Origin: Octopus bimaculoides
Taxonomy: Eukaryota
Length of the DNA stretch: 40,695 nt
Assembly: GCF_001194135.2 (NCBI RefSeq)
Contig: NC_068988.1
Coordinates: 36,680,880-36,721,574 of the forward strand
Direction of reading: 5' to 3'
The translations under genes and the position numbers were made by a program. Under the pieces are notes generated by a model that ran no database searches, was not told the origin of the DNA, and saw nothing but the letters and a program-made list of their open reading frames with translations. How positions within the stretch are numbered: position 1 is the stretch's first letter; each line of letters starts with the position of its first letter. Positions 26,489 to 38,265 of the stretch are shown here, piece by piece.

Positions 26489-26757
26489 TTGTTATTATGT
26501 TGCCAGCATTAAGTATTTCCTTATAAATTTCAACTTGTACATCTATATGTTCACGGGAAATATAACGATATATTCGCTTTTAGAATATACACTAATAACA
26601 TTCTTTCTGTTCCGGTATGGTTTTGATAATTCGCCTTGTTGACAACAGTTGAAAACATTGTAACTTTAACGTAGTACATGAACACTTTGTTCATGCGTAA
26701 CAGATACATTTTTATTACTGCTTGTTCTGCTTTAAGCATTTACTTAATAAGATATAC

Positions 26758-26814
26758 CTTTTTCGACGTTTGCATTTCAGTTCCAATATATTGTACTCGT
26801 TAATTCCAAAAAAA
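26758..26814 (-). CDS. Candidate 57-nt symmetric exon (FFGINEYNILELKCKRRK)
   Basis: Acceptor taatttaacaatttcag and donor AAG|GTATAT; one open frame, phase 2/2. Confidence 0.25.
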
Positions 26815-27036
26815 CTGAAATTGTTAAATTATTTTAATTTATTTCTTAAATTGTTTTGGCAATATATTAAAAGACTGTGTCTCTCAATTTCTAAATTTTG
26901 AATATAACGTTCAGGCAAAGTCTATGTTAAATTCATGCTCATTGCGACTTTATTTCTTTGGCTGTTTCTTTTCGAATAATGTTGACTAGTATTTATTTTT
27001 CAGATGTTATTAGCCTTTAATATTTCGGTTACAGAC

Positions 27037-27253
27037 AGGTGGCGAGTTGGCCGAAACGTTAGCACTCCGGGCACAATGCTTAGCATTATTTCGTCCATCT
27101 TAACGATCTGAGTTCAAATTACTCCGAGGTTGGTTTTGCTTTTTATCCATTTCGGGATCCATAAAATAAGTACCATTTGAGCACTGACGTCAATGTAATC
27201 AATTTTTCTCCCTCTCCCTGAAATTGCTAGTTTTGCGCCAAAATTTGAAACCG
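27037..27253 (+). mobile_element. tRNA-derived SINE with Meta-type central domain, copy 1
   Basis: A-box-like tggcgagttgg, B-box-like gagttcaaat, central tttatccatttcgggatccataaaataagtacc. Confidence 0.85.
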
Positions 27254-27269
27254 ATATTTCGGTTAAAGT

Positions 27270-27474
27270 AAGACGGGGAACTGTCTAAATCGTTGGCACG
27301 TCGGGCAAAATGGTTAGCTGCATTTCATCCGCTTTTACGTTTTGAGCTCAAATTCCGCAGAGGCCACCATTGCTTTCCATCCTTTTGGGGTCGATTAAAT
27401 AACCACTAGTTGAACTCTGGTGTCGATGTAATCGACTTACTCACATTCTATCGTAATTGCTAGGCTTGAAATCA
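27270..27474 (+). mobile_element. Same SINE family, tandem copy 2
   Basis: gagctcaaattccgcagagg..ttccatccttttggggtcgattaaata..gtcgatgtaatcgac. Confidence 0.85.
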
Positions 27475-27689
27475 GTATTTCGGTTAAAGAATTGTATAAA
27501 TCATGGTATAGATACGGTGCTTGGTATGTAGTCGATCTCAATATGCTTTTGTGTCCCATTCAGTTCTTATTTGGGTTTCGATGGCTGAGTGTTGAATATC
27601 TTAATATATAAAGCAAAATATATAAAGCATAACAATACCCACAATAAAAAATGCAATCACAACCCACGCAAACAGCTCCCAATAGACAC

Positions 27690-30370
27690 CAACACCAACA
27701 CTATCACCAGAATCCCCTAAACGCAAACCTAAACAGGAACAGACACTCACACAAATATTCAAAACTGTAGATACCACACTCACAGCACACACAGAAACAA
27801 CTGAAACAAAAATTCCCATCACCACTACAGTCAAGCAAACAAATTCATCAACAACAACACAAACACCCAACTTCGTACTCATGAGAAACGACAACAAGGG
27901 ACTGACGGCATTCGTACAGAAAACACGGAATTTGGAACAGCGAGGGTGATCTTCGAATCGAACACATTTCGTGTAGTACCAGAAGATTTACTTCTGGTGT
28001 GAATGTCGCTCGGTTCCTACTGAAAAATTCGTGTGAGATTTCCGGAGGTCATGGGAACCCCGAACGTGAAACCTACATCGAGGCTCTTAAAGGGGTTCCC
28101 TACAATGAAACACTAGATTTTCACAAGACACCGGGAGGTAAGTAAACCTTTCCTTTCTCTCTTTATCTTGCCATCATGGCCATATGAAGAATAGGATTTT
28201 TAAATGTACGAGGCCTGGAGTCACCTTGAAAGTGGGGACGCCTGATCAATGACCTAATGTCTCTAGAACTAGATATAATTGCAGTCAGTGAAACCAGTAT
28301 TTCCGATACACGCGTACTGGCCCCCGTGTTCGACGACTATCAGATCTTTGCATCTGTTAGTCGGCCTGGAATGGGAGTTGCAGTACTGTTTACGAAAGAA
28401 CTGGATCTCGAATTAAAGTCCATCTTACGGGACCCGGATGGGAAGTTGTTGGTGCTGGACGTTAACAACAGTGAAGGTACTGTCTTCAGGCTGGTGGCCG
28501 TCTATGCTCCTACCAGAGCCAAAGGGCCACATTTCTTTAGGCGTCTGGAAGCATTTATAGATACGTTTCACTCTTTTCTGTTAGTACTGGACTGGAACGG
28601 AATCTTAGAACAAGAGGGGTGCAAGAACCTGAAGCACTTGCTCAGCCAGTCCCAACAGTTTAATAGGTTCCGACAAGATTTCCCTAATGCGTCAGTGTTA
28701 ACCTGGACCAACTCCTTCGGGTCATCTAGATCGTCTATAGATAGGATGTTCACTAGAAAAAGAGTGAGTAACAGTTTGTTATCTGTACGGTTGACCTAGA
28801 TAAGACGCATGGGCTTGGATCCGGTTACTAGGAGCTGAACATATCGTCTCGGTACGTAGAGCTTACAGGGACCGGGTCAGCAATTTAGTGAAGCAGAATT
28901 CGACAGGAGGTGTCATCAACAATGGGTGGTAGGCGGCTCTCAAAAGAGAGATTAGAGTAATGTCGATAGGGTTTAGCAAAGAAATAGCATTAGAAAAAAT
29001 AGAAAATATTTAAACTAGTAGCTAAAGTAGAAGTTAATATCTAAACTAAAAGTGGCTATTTATAGCGGAATTGCAACCGACGTGCTAGAAGCGAGAATGG
29101 CATTAGACCAGTTCTTCAATGCGAAACATGAAGGTTGCATTGTTAGAGCTAAGGGACGTGCTTCATGAAACGACAGTATAAAACCTGTTCAATGGGCCTG
29201 CGTGGCGGAGACACAGCGTTGTAACAAAACCACAATTCGATCTGTGACGGACCGAGATGGACACGAGCTGAGCGATTCTAGGCAGATGTCAGAGGCTTTT
29301 TGCCAGCACTTTGCTTGGTTGTTCGGAGAGAGTGGTTGACCAGAGATGGTTGTGGACTTCAGTTCCTGCATGAACGGCTTGTGGTGTCTCTCGACGGCCG
29401 ATGCTGTGTAAGAGAAATAACTTCAGCCGAAATTCAAAATGTTATTGTGGGTAACAGGAGGCACAAGTCACCAGGTTTAGATGGTTTGCCCTATGAACTT
29501 TACGTAAATATGCCAGACCTTTTCTCCTGATCTCCTCGAAGCGCTCTATTGCAACTGGCAGCAAAACGGGAGTATTCCCAAATCTGTGAGCCGGAGCGTA
29601 GTGACACTGATGAGGAAAGACGAAAACAAGACGGACACTTTAGATAATTTCAGGCCCATAACTCTGCTTCACACAGAGTTTAAGATTTTGGCCAAGGTAT
29701 TAGCAAAGATGATGGCGCTTGTCGTCGAGGACTTGGTCGGAGTGACGCAAACCTGCGCAATCCGACTAGGTCCATACCCGACAACCTCCACCTNNNNNNN
29801 NNNTAGGTCCATACACGACAACCTCCACCTCGTGCGATACATCTTAGAAAGAGTAGGACGTAAATCTGGCATCGGTGGGCACTGATAAATATAGATCAAT
29901 CAAAAGCATTCGATAGGGCCGACCATTGATATCTGGAGGCCGTCTTGAAAGCGGCTCGCTTTGGCCTCATTTTCAGAGGTCGGATCGCTGCAATGTACAG
30001 TGGCGTCTACCTAGTGGTCAAAATTAATGGCCACTTCTCGGAACCGTTTCAGGTCTCCCGATCGGTCACTCAAGGGTACCCTTCTCTCCTGCCTTTAGTG
30101 CGGAAGCTGGAGCTGTTGCAGGGCATCCCGCTCTATCCAGAACGCAGAACAGTATTGGCGTATGCGGACGACATCACCGTGATGGTGTCGGACACGTCAG
30201 AATTCGAGGTGCTCGGCACATCATTGGAGGAATATGAAAAATTGACGGGAGCAAACCTTAACGTGGAAAAGTCGGTGGGCTTGCAACTCAACTCAGCATC
30301 TGGAGAGGCAATTACGTGCCGTCAAACAGCGTCGTTGGGCGCTGGACGGACTTTTTCTCGACATGAACAC
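27690..30370 (+). mobile_element. Tx1/L1-clade LINE: ORF1 remnant plus ORF2 (APE endonuclease, RT), 3'-truncated and degenerate
   Basis: ORF2 from 28176: GFLNVRGL, AVSET, DPDGKL, VYAP, LDWN (APE); KSPGLDGLPYELY, NFRPITLLHTEFKILAKVLA, DQSKAFDR, RSVTQG, YADDIT (RT). An upstream Thr/Pro-rich open frame at ~27693-27950 is inferred to be ORF1. Confidence 0.9.
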
Positions 30371-31120
30371 TCCCAACATCTGCTACAACAATACTTGCTG
30401 CCTTGTTCAAATTGCTTGTTTGTGTGCCTTCTGGTTCATACTATAGTTTTACACAATATTTTGTTTTTTTATTGTCACTCATATGAGGTAGCGTTTATCA
30501 GGTTGCGCAGTTACCAAATGTTTTCACTGTGACATATTCATTTAGAGCATAAGGAGATTCCAACCGCTTCCTTTCATTATTATTATTATCATCACTGATA
30601 ATATTATTTTTGTACTAATAATATTCGTTGTAACAGTCCTTCCCGCAAAGCAAATTAAATAAAATTTGGGATTATTTAGCGGAGGGTGAAACTGTTAACA
30701 AGAACAGGACAGTGAAAACAAGACAGTAAAAACAAATGGTGAGGGCTGTTGAGCCAAGACGATAGAAAAAATACTATGAACGCTAGGTAGACGAGCCATG
30801 AGAGTTGACAGGAAAAGGCACGTCTTTTCTTTAGGAAGAAAGTGGACAGAAAGAGAGATCCCCTTTCGTCACGTGTCAGCGACAAGAGAGTCAAGGAGGA
30901 TGAGTGAGAGAGGCAACGGTGAAGGGGAGATGAGACATAGTTCTTTCACAGTGCTTAAAAAGACTGAAGGGCTGCTGCAATGTGTTTGAATCTGAGAAGT
31001 GAATATAATCATAATCAACTGATCCACTGATCCAGTATTACCTTATTTTTTACCGAAAACCAGAAACTTTTAAACAGCGTGAATATACATGTGTGTGTGT
31101 TTTTGTGTGTGTGTGTGTTT

Positions 31121-31202
<82 letters not shown>

Positions 31203-31365
31203 TCGTTGCTTCCTCATGTACCAGCAGAGCCATTGCAAGGTAGGATCATTGAAATGAATCATTCATAATGAAATGTGAGGCGCTTGTATGACTCTTGAGT
31301 CCGTTCTAAGATTTGCATATTCTATTTCATTATACACAGATGAGCTGCCTAGCACAGGGAGCAGG

Positions 31366-31444
31366 TTACACAGTATGAATTGTTTTGACCTGCCTTTTCA
31401 ATCGTCCACCTGGCAGAAACCTCTTTCCACAAGTTGCACATGTT
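31366..31444 (-). pseudogene. Degenerate C2H2-like zinc finger (CATCGKRFLPGGRLKRQVKTIH)
   Basis: CxxC-GKxF-x5-L-x2-[Q instead of H]-x4-H spacing; gttttttcacaacag acceptor just upstream. Confidence 0.4.
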
Positions 31445-31485
31445 CTGTTGTGAAAAAACAGTTGTATCACAATATACAATGTATG

Positions 31486-31533
<48 letters not shown>

Positions 31534-31634
31534 ACACGTACATACCAAGGTACATATAAACACACACACACACACACACACACAACCTCACATATACGCA
31601 AAGACACATACATACGCACGCAAACATCACTCAC

Positions 31635-31704
31635 GTGTATATTACGGACTTCGGTGGCATGTGCAAATTCAAATTTTGAAGTCGAAGATAATGACGAAAA
31701 TCAA
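31635..31704 (-). CDS. Candidate 70-nt exon (DFRHYLRLQNLNLHMPPKSVIY)
   Basis: Acceptor attccttcctttgaattcag and donor CAC|GTGAGT; single open frame, phase 1/2. Confidence 0.33.
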
Positions 31705-33309
31705 CTGAATTCAAAGGAAGGAATTTCATGTCGTGAATTTCTTATTCTATTTTTACGAGGCATTCTTACTCAGTTTTGAAGTAGATTAAGATAGGAACAG
31801 TTATGTACCCGTTGAGCAGCAACAGCTACCGATCATCAACATCCTTTTCAGCTGGACGTTGAATATGTTACATGATATTTAGGGACGATACATCACCATG
31901 TCTTCGAACAGCAAAATGAACGAGACAACATGGCTAAATCAAAAGCATGAAAGTAATACTGATGCGCTACACATATACACATAGAGTACGCACACACTTA
32001 CCGTACACAGACACAAGGAGAAACACAAACATAAATAGGTTCTCTGCTGTGATATGTTAGTGATATCATCTACTATTTTTCAGGTGCTGATAGTTTACAA
32101 ACTACTATTATTTTGTATTGTAGCTCCGAGAAATCCGTGTAGATATTGCAGTAGAGAACGTACGACTGACAAATATTCTAGGGAATGAAATATACCGAAA
32201 AGTTCAAATTATAGGGATTGCATAAAGGAATTAGGAACATCAGAGACACAATGTTCATTTATAGCTTAATAAGATGTAACACGAGAAAATATTAGATAAT
32301 TTACCGTCAATCTTAGAGAAGTCATGAATTTACAAAGATATTTATCTACGATCTATATGACGTTTATGAGACAAAACTTCACCAACAGTGGTAGAATGCC
32401 TGAGGAGAGGAGAGAAAATTTGATGTATTGGAGTTGTAAATAGTGATCGTAAAATTCATGGATATTTGCCATGAAAATTAGATTATATCAAAATGTCTGC
32501 AGAGTCTATTTATTGGTATATCTTAAACACTAATACAGACTTTCCAGCTCAATCGCTTCTTTTTGTTTGCTTGTTTTTCATTCTTGGCAGGGTTTCTTCA
32601 CTTTTACATAGTCTCAGTGCTACAAATATAAAGTGATAATACTTAATAGTTCGTATATATATATATATATNNNNNNNNNNNNNNNNNNNNNNNNNNNNNN
32701 NNNNNNNNNNNNNNNNNNNNNNNNNNNNNNNNNNNNNNNNNNNNNNNNNNNNNNNNNNNNNNNNNNNNNNNNNNNNNNNNNNNNNNNNNNNNNNNNNNNN
32801 NNNNNNNNNNNNNNNNNNNNNNNNNNNNNNNNNNNNNNNNNNNNNNNNNNNNNNNNNNNNNNNNNNNNNNNNNNNNNNNNNNNNNNNNNNNNNNNNNNNN
32901 NTATACGCGCATAAACATATAGATATAGGTTTTCTCAATATTTTTCTACCTAACACCCACACCGATGTTTTTGTGTTTAGCGTTGAAATGCCACTTTCAT
33001 CCATCACTACTATGAAATATACAATAGGCTACGTTTAATATAATTATTATTATTTGTACAATGAAATCGCAATAATAAATCAATATGCAATTCTTTCTTT
33101 GCCCGTTAAAATAACAAACTCATACATGTACGAGACATTGTATCAGAAAAATGTGAGTTGATGAAACTATAATCATTCCTTGTATGACATTGCGGCTTTC
33201 AATTAATGGATATTACTTCTACACTAACATCTGCACTAATTGCACATATTCTTTTCGTTGCCATAGAAGTCTCTATCACTCAGTATTTCTCTGGACATGA
33301 AATATTGTT

Positions 33310-33505
33310 TTGATATCAGTTGACTTCACGACTGGTATGGCTACCGTATTGATCGATTCGATCCTGTTTCTTGCATTCAGCTCTGTCTTGAGTATTGCTC
33401 TCACCCTGCGATAACATCCTTTTCTGATCCTTTCCCTCATCATTGAATGTTTGATTCCGTCCCCTTCAATTTGTTACTCTCCGCCAGTTCTAACTCTTTT
33501 ATGAC
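33310..33505 (-). mobile_element. R4/Dong-type LINE fragment (post-RT region)
   Basis: EGDGIKHSMMRERIRKGCYRRVRAILKTELNARNRIESINTVAIPVV. Confidence 0.88.
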
Positions 33506-33548
33506 ATTCTGCTGGTCAAGGTTAATGGATGCATTTGTATCTAAGTAA

Positions 33549-33630
<82 letters not shown>

Positions 33631-34387
33631 CGGACGCATTTGTATTTAAGCAAATTTTAAAAATATAATTTTATATATAGTAAAGAAATATCGTTTAGTA
33701 AATTAACCCTTTCATTGTAAAAAATCGGTTTCATGGTTATTCCTACAATGGTGATATATATCTACCAAAAATAAAAGTGGTATTTTCTGCAAGTCATATT
33801 GCCGCAATAAACTTGACGTATCTCAACAAAAAATAGTTTTAAACATAGTATTCGCCAGGAAAAGATAGATTGACAAAATAAAAATCTGTATTCAATTAAG
33901 TGTAATGAAATTTTGGATAATATATCTCATTTTCAAAGTAAAGGTGTTAAAGATATTGTGGAAATAGTGGTGTACATCGTATGAATCGGAACCTTTTTTT
34001 TGTACATTTTATCGTGTTTTATCATAGATATAGGCGCTGCACCTTGTCCAGCACAACTTGGTGTTGTCAGCTACGAGCGCAGTCTTCACGGCTTATCAGG
34101 CTGAGGGGTAAAAAAAAAACTGTCGTTGTAGCAACTGCTATCTGATAGGTTTATGCTTGAGCCTGTGACAGTTCAGACCTCCAGCGTTCTTGGTTCTCGA
34201 ACCATATATCTGCTCAACATTATCCAGGGAGAAAGTGTTGTCCGGAATTGCAAGTCCCGCGAGTCAGAGATCTGTTCTGACACATCTCTCTCACTATCAT
34301 CCGGAGCAATGCCTTTCACACTGTGTCTGCTGGTGTCATGAGGAATGTTTCTATATTGTGAGATATTGCATATAATTATATGCAAAT

Positions 34388-34455
34388 AATAACAACAGCA
34401 ACAACAACAACAACAACAACAGTATGATGATAATAATGATAATGATGATAATACA

Positions 34456-34505
<50 letters not shown>

Positions 34506-34521
34506 AAGAAGAAGAAGAAGA
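34388..34521. repeat. Compound microsatellite (CAA)n, (GAT)n, (AAG)n
   Basis: Read directly. Confidence 0.95.
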
Positions 34522-35590
34522 ATGAAAAATGGTCTAGGGAAGATAAAGTTCTTACGGCCTTCTACCATGCCATATATTTCCCTACAAATAAATCTAATAC
34601 TGTACAAATCTACTTAGACAGTAACAAACTTGCCAACGTCAAAAGAAATATTATGAAAAAAATTACTAACTAAAATAGAGATTGACCAAATTAAACAAGC
34701 ACAAGGAAAAAAAAGAATGAAATGCAACTAAAGACGATACTACAGAGGAAATAATGATAGACCAGCCCAGGGCTGATGAAAATGCAGTAATGATTGAAAG
34801 AGTTAAGGTAACTGATAGGCAAAGTGAAATACTCTCTGAACCAACCATAAACACTGAGGCAGAGGAAAATCAAATAGATGAAGAAAGTCACACAGAAATT
34901 GACCCAACAGAACTACATGATCCAAAAAATCAAATCATGACTGAATGGCTGAAAATTAAAGAAACCAGTATGAATGAACGCGATACACTTCCAAAAATTC
35001 GCAATTCTAACCAAAACCTGAAAATAATTGGTAAAATCCGCCTTTCACTTAATGATATAATTTCAGTTAATGATGTTGATATTACAGATCTCAACCACCT
35101 GAACTATGCATCCGCGAAAATCTCAACGATTCTATGTGGTGAAAAGATTAGAAAACGACAGCATTCCCACAAAGTGCTTTCTTAGCAAGAGCGTATTCAA
35201 CACGAGATTAAGCTATTTAGGTCTGACATAGAATATATGAAAATCTTTAAGTCTGACAATATTATCAAACCTACAAAAACCCGATAATTAAAGAAAAACT
35301 ATATGAAAACCACACTTGACATTGATACCACCATAGAAACCATCACGCAAAACGTATATGCTAAAGCTGCCCGCATAGTAAGGTATGAAAAGTGCCTTAG
35401 ATTCTTCAAGGACAACAACATGTTCAAAAATAGCCCCAAAACTTTTCCCATTAAGCGAGCATAAACGTAAATTATATTTCATTTCTTGCATGATACACAT
35501 ACACAAACGCACAGATACACACTTTCACACTGCCAAACAAACTCATTCCAAATGATACTACTTAACGTTACGGTACTCCTAACCCTACTG
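34522..35590 (+). mobile_element. R4/Dong-type LINE 5' portion (N-terminal ORF region), degenerate
   Basis: KWSRED..LDSNKLANVKRNI; TDLNHLNYASA; ETITQNVYAKAARIVRYEKCLRFFKDNNMFKNSPKTF. Confidence 0.85.
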
Positions 35591-35744
35591 ATTTTATGAA
35601 GGAAAATAACATGAATTGCTGACAAAAATTATCATCCACCAATCACCGACAGATACCATTTAAGAGCCGTAAAATCAACCAACATTCTTTTGTTCCATAT
35701 AAAAAACTATGTAATCCAAAAAGATAAAAATTAGCGACGGAAGC

Positions 35745-35965
35745 ATTATTTTTTTCTACTCTACGCACAAAGTCCGAAATTTTGGGGGTGGAGGCCAGTG
35801 AATTAGATCTACCCCAGTACGCAACTAGTACTTAATTAATCGACCCTGAAGGGATGAAAGGCAAATTCGACATCGGCGAAATATGAATTGAGAATGTAAA
35901 GACAGACGAAATACCGCTAAGCACTTCACCCGGCGTGCTAACGTTTCTGCCAGTTTGCCGCCTTG
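35745..35965 (-). mobile_element. Full-length tRNA-derived Meta-type SINE
   Basis: Reverse complement begins aaggcggcaaactggcagaaacgttagcacgccggg; homologous to 27037-27253. Confidence 0.9.
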
Positions 35966-36126
35966 ACAGAAGCATTATTGATACCAAAATGCAATCTTTA
36001 TATCCAACTTGCCGTGGATAGATTGTAAGGACTCTTAATACTGCGTTATTTAACACTGCGCTTTTTAATACGCCTTCTGGCTATTTTTGATTTCAGTGAT
36101 TAAAAACTTAATTTTAATCTACATAC

Positions 36127-36214
36127 ATTCGGCAGCGAGGTTCGGCTCGTATGCGGTAACCGGGTACCAGCCACCAACGAAAATCAACACAGCTTCAGAA
36201 TTATGCTTATTCAT
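36127..36214 (-). CDS. Candidate initial exon (MNKHNSEAVLIFVGGWYPVTAYEPNLAAE)
   Basis: ATG with an upstream in-frame stop, CpG-rich core, donor AAT|GTATGT, phase 1 matching the 31704 exon. Confidence 0.22.
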
Positions 36215-37103
36215 TTCTATTTATAAAGCTGAAACTCGCTTCTCAATAGTTAGATATATTAATAACTTGTAGGGACACCGAATTTCGTTGTGCAACCATT
36301 ATATATTCTACAGTATATTAAACACTTTATAAGTCAATACTGTGTTCTACTGTGTGCTAGCATCGCTATGAAATCATTTGTTAAGGTTATCTTTACATGA
36401 TATCTATACAAATTACAGCCGGCACTGATTTGTAAGGCGTTTTGTATCTGAGTACGCCTAATGTAAACAAAAATGAGAAAGATATGCTTTTATGCGCCAC
36501 GCATCAATAAGAGAATACTTCACAATATCAATACCGCAGTATTCAGTATTCTAGTAATACATCCACGATAAGTGGAATATAAAGGTTGTCTTTTATTTAA
36601 TTCAACATACAGATTGAGGAGCATTTAGTTTGAAAAAAATTAAGTAGCATTCTTAATTGATAACATAATTATATTTAATCCATTTCTATTAACTTGGCTG
36701 ACACAAAATAGTGATTATAAAACCAAGGAAGAATTTGCTTACTAGAATTAATACAAAGCTTGTTTGATTTTGATTATAGTGCTGTTGGCTTAATGTGGTA
36801 AATAAACGGATATTTTCAGTTCTCAATTCTTCATTTCGGAATGTATCTTTAGTTCAATGACCTATCCATTGTAACATACCTCACACTGACCCAAGTTATT
36901 AATAGTATTCAGATCAACGTCCCATTTATATGTTCGGCTGCTTAGACATTAATGTTTTAGATTTTGAACTTATAAAAGGAACTCATTCAATGGTACGACT
37001 GAACGGTTAGCACCAAAGTTTAGAGTAAATCCATCAGTTTATGTATTAACACACACGCACAAGTACGTTAATATAACGTGTATGAATGTGTATATATATA
37101 TAC

Positions 37104-37332
37104 GCTTTTACTCTTTTACTTGTTTCAGTCTTTTGACTGTGGCCATGGTGGAGCACCGCCTTTAGTCGAGCAAATCGACCCCAGGACTTGTTCTTCAGAA
37201 GCTTATTACTTATTCTATCGGTCTCTTTTGCCGAACCGCTAAGTTACGGGGACATAACCACACCAGCATCGGTTGTCAAGCGATGTTGGGGGACAAACAC
37301 AGACACACAAACACATACACACATACATACAT

Positions 37333-37371
<39 letters not shown>

Positions 37372-37960
37372 CNNNNNNNNNNNNNNNNNNNNNNNNNNNN
37401 NNNNNNNNNNNNNNNNNNNNNNNNNNNNNNNNNNNNNNNNNNNNNNNNNNNNNNNNNNNNNNNNNNNNNNNNNNNNNNNNNNNNNNNNNNNNNNNNNNNN
37501 NNNNNNNNNNNNNNNNNNNNNNNNNNNNNNNNNNNNNNNNNNNNNNNNNNNNNNNNNNNNNNNNNNNNNNNNNNNNNNNNNNNNNNNNNNNNNNNNNNNN
37601 NNNNNNNNNNNNNNNNNNNNNNNNNNNNNNNNNNNNNNNNNNNNNNNNNNNNNNNNNNNNNNNNNNNNNNNNNNNNNNNNNNNNNNNNNNNNNNNNNNNN
37701 NNNNNNNNNNNTACACATATGGAAAAATACATATACATATACATATTCTCATACATATTCTTTGACAATCGAATAAAATTGAGAAGGAACTGACCTGGCC
37801 TTTTTCTCTTGTGTATATTGAAGGAATGTTTTACTGTCTTATATATATATATATATACGACGGGCTTCTTTCAGTTTCCGTCTACCAAATCCACTCACAG
37901 GGCTTTGGACGGCCCGAGGCTATAGTAGAAGACACTTGCCCAAGATGCCACGCAATGGGA
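37104..37960 (-). mobile_element. Octopus-type tRNA-derived SINE with internal (CA)/(TA) microsatellite, spanning a gap
   Basis: 3' half ctcttttacttgtttcagtc..gagcaaatcgaccccagg..gccgaaccgctaagttacgggg; 5' half acgacgggcttctttcagtttccgtctaccaaatccactcac..gacacttgcccaag. Confidence 0.9.
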
Positions 37961-38151
37961 CACTCAACAACTGGTTCAGGAGCCTCTGGTGGTGCAGATG
38001 TATCTTGTCGGGTGATAAATAAATATAACTGGTTGAAATGAATGTTCCGCAATGTAACTTTCCCCTTTGTAGAGGTAAAAGCAACCAGAAGAAGAAAATA
38101 TCTTCATTTATCTAGAAGATCAAACATAAAATCACAGATGGCAAAAAAGGG

Positions 38152-38206
38152 CGGGCTTTAAACAGCATATTCCATATAATTTTATGTATATAATTCATGT
38201 ATGGCA

Positions 38207-38265
<59 letters not shown>

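Noticed and set aside
27037-27125. tRNA gene
   Set aside because: A/B-box-like motifs belong to a SINE head; no cloverleaf can be drawn.
27020-27489. Repeat-spacer-repeat pattern as a CRISPR-like array
   Set aside because: The spacers are ~200-bp homologous SINEs, the context is eukaryotic, and there are no cas genes.
29767-29830. Direct repeat taggtccatac(c/a)cgacaacctccacct on both sides of a 10-N gap
   Set aside because: Typical contig-end overlap artefact inside the Tx1 RT.
28257-30532. Endonuclease and RT ORFs as a host gene or novel retron-like system
   Set aside because: Fragments of one stop- and frameshift-riddled Tx1/L1-clade LINE.
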